Source: Octopus sinensis (taxonomy: Eukaryota). From it: a stretch of 64,000 nucleotides of DNA. Under the pieces are notes generated by a model. That model was not told the origin of the DNA and searched no databases. It worked only from the letters and a program-made list of their open reading frames with translations. A program made the position numbers and the translations under genes. Numbering within the stretch: the first letter of the stretch is position 1; every line of letters begins with the position of its first letter. Below, piece by piece: positions 61,380 to 64,000 of the stretch. The stretch spans positions 26,908,001 to 26,972,000 of the forward strand of contig NC_043013.1 in assembly GCF_006345805.1 (NCBI RefSeq), given 5' to 3'.

Positions 61380-61860
61380 CCTTTCGTTACCACATTTCTC
61401 CATGCCGGTGGCACGTAAAAAGCACCATCTGAGAGTGGCCGTTCGCCAGCCTCATCTGGCACCTGTGTCGGTGGCACGTAAAAAGCACCCACTACACTCG
61501 GAGTGGTTGGCGTTAGGAAGGGCATCCAGCTGTAGAAACATTGTCAGATCTGACTGGCCTGGTGCAGCCTTCGGGCTTCCCAGACCCCAGTTGAACTGTC
61601 CAACCCGTGCTAGCATGGAAAGTGGACGTTAAACGATGATGATGATGATGATGATTTCTGTTGAGATGCTCTGTGTTTCTTTCAATTAATTCTAAATATA
61701 ACAAAGAATTTAGTAAAATAACTTAGTTATCATTAAGCTTGTGTTAGGAACATAAATTGTGACTAAGGTTTGGTTGAAGATTTTAATTCAGAACTTATGA
61801 AAACAAGACATATGTACTATAGAGCCAGAGGTAGTTTCAGCCGGGTTGGTACCAAAAGGG
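61380..61860. mobile_element. piggyBac-like MITE with nested family C repeat (61400-61655)
   Basis: TTAA|CCCTTTCGTTACC ... GGTACCAAAAGGG|CTAA; nested copy flanked by atttct direct repeat. Confidence 0.75.
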
Positions 61861-63427
61861 CTAATAAGCTTATTTGTGATGCCTCATTCTTGTTTGAGAA
61901 ACTTTACTGGTTCTGCCTCCCCTATTCTGACTGCATTTGTTCATCCTGAATGCAGTTGTTATTTTTTTAATTATTAATATATGTGGGGTAAATCTTGTTC
62001 ACCTTTCATCCTTTCAGGGTCAATAAAATAAAGTACTGGTTAACAATGATGGAAATTCAGGAATATACTGGCACTTGGTGTTCCCTTGCTCTTCATCTCA
62101 CAGGTAGTGAGGGTGAGGTTAAAACATCTAACTCTAACTCTTTTTAGCTTTGGCTACATAGACCTTAAACTGCCTCTAGTTCCCAAAATTCATTTACATC
62201 AATACTAAATGCGTATTGCAGAAGCAGAAAATACCAGTTCTATGTTTTGGTGGCTAATTAACATCATTAAGGGAAAGGTCATGAAATTTAATTATGCATT
62301 CAAAGGGTTAAGGATAACTACATCACTTGTCTTTCCTCTTTTTTAAGAAAGTAGGGTATGATTTGAGAGAAGTTTGGCTGCTACTTCGAATAGGTCAAGC
62401 AATCCCCCCTAACTGGTCCATTGTTAGTTCATGGTTTTGTTGTCATTGCCATTTAACCCCAGGTTAGTCAAGATCAAGCAGATCAATGATCGAAGGAGTC
62501 CCAAGCCATTATTCATTTTTTTATCAAGACATATATTTAGGCCCACATTTTAAAATATGTCCCTTTTTTAAAACATGATTGGGTGTTAATTTAAGAAAGA
62601 TTTGGTTATTATGTTTAGCAAACCATGGGGCTGCATAAATGGTGCCTTCACAGAGTTAATAGCAGCAGAATCTTCAAAGGAATCATGCAGCAGAAGCTCC
62701 TGTCTTCAAAGTGATGTTAACTCTTCAAGAATTTTCAAATAAAAAAGAAAAATTCCTGTTAACACTAATAGAAGCCACAATAATCATGATGATAACAATA
62801 ATAATAATAATCATAATAATAATAATAACTACAGCAACATCGTCATCAATGACAAAAACAATAACAACAATTAGATTGTTGTTGCAGCAATAATAATATA
62901 AGCAATATAAAAGATGATTAGTTTAGCTTTCAAATATATTTCTTTCTTCCTCAGTTTCATCCTTTCATCAATTCTTTTATTTCTCGTTAGAATTAACAAA
63001 GAAGAAATGGGATCAGAGCTATGGGAATTGGTCATACTATAAACCCCACCTCTCCATCACACTCACTGTTATGTGTGTGTGTATATGTATGCATATATAT
63101 ATATATTTACTCGTGTATATTCACACATACACACTCAATATAACATAAATATGAGTTGCAATCAACAGATAGTAGCAATCTGATATTTTCTAGAAATAAC
63201 TAATCTCATAAGCGACAAACAGAAAATCATGCTATGCACTGGCTCAATAACAAGAATTGGCTACCTGTACTATTGTGGTCCTCTCTCCCATACTTTAACC
63301 CCACATCTCCTAGTGCAATATTATCTCCCCACTTCTCTTTATTGTAGCTCCCTTCAGTTGAAAGGGATCATAGTTCTGGTGACCTCACTAATGCTGGTGC
63401 CATGAAAAACACAACCAGTACACTCTA

Positions 63428-63647
63428 CAAAGAGTTGCTGAAAATTTCCTGGCTTTGGGTGAAAGCAAATACTGATGGATCAGTTAATTAATAATAATTT
63501 TCTCAACATATTCCCCTCTCAGATTCACGCACTTTTTGCAGCAGTCCTTCAGTTTTCCTAAACCCTGTAAAAGAACTCAGAAGGTTGGGCCTCCAACCAA
63601 GTCTTTCATGATATCCTTAAAGCTAGAAACTTTTCAGCAATCCCTTG
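63428..63647. mobile_element. Mariner-type MITE, copy 1
   Basis: gctgaaaatttcctggctt ... aagctagaaacttttcagc termini, TA context. Confidence 0.75.
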
Positions 63648-63671
63648 TATACAAACATACATATAAATATA

Positions 63672-63883
63672 TGAGGAGGTGCTGAAAATTTCCTGGCTTT
63701 GGGTAAGAGAAAATACTGGCAAATAGTTATGATTTTATTCAACATATTCCCCTCTCAGATTCACATACTTATTGCAATGGTCCTTCAGTTTTTCTCAGTG
63801 CTATAAAAGAACTTATAAGGTTAGGCTTCGAACCAGGTCTTTCATGATACCCTTAGAGCCAAGGATTTTTCAGCACTCCCTCA
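63672..63883. mobile_element. Mariner-type MITE, copy 2 (tandem)
   Basis: TA|tgaggaggtgctgaaaatttcctggc ... gccaaggatttttcagcactccctca|TA. Confidence 0.8.
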
Positions 63884-64000
63884 TATAAAGAGGTTGGCAT
63901 TAAGAAAGGTATCTAGCCATAGAAACTGTACTAAAGCAGATATTACAGCATGATGCAATCCTTGGGCCTTTCACATCTTGTCTGATCATGGCATTTGGCC

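Overview
Animal genomic DNA, AT-rich and saturated with microsatellites and interspersed repeats. The SINE/MITE repertoire looks like Octopus (inferred from recalled repeat families, not from a search). No host protein-coding gene could be identified with confidence; the window is most likely intronic or intergenic. Supported content: a young 5'-truncated L1/Tx1-clade LINE with an open ORF2 end; two R4/Dong-like and two RTE LINE remnants; four decayed mariners, a Tc1 and a maT-like fragment; hAT-, piggyBac- and mariner-type MITEs; three Helitrons and two Helentron-type (HINE-like) elements; a ~1.4 kb diverged 28S rDNA fragment; and dozens of tRNA-derived SINE copies. The most interesting signal is a set of short non-coding elements with Penelope-like architecture (inverted duplication at the 5' end, sitting in (TA)n) that carry type I hammerhead ribozyme folds. 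These are a tandem pair of canonical-core hammerheads 101 nt apart (41294-41457, minus strand), a variant with a G3-C8 swapped core (5041-5091, minus) and a decayed relative (19949-20105). There is also a dense cluster of long fold-back structures at 39.4-45.2 kb, one centred exactly on a piggyBac-like MITE. All translations and folds were read by eye. SINE and degenerate-element boundaries are approximate (about +/-20 bp).
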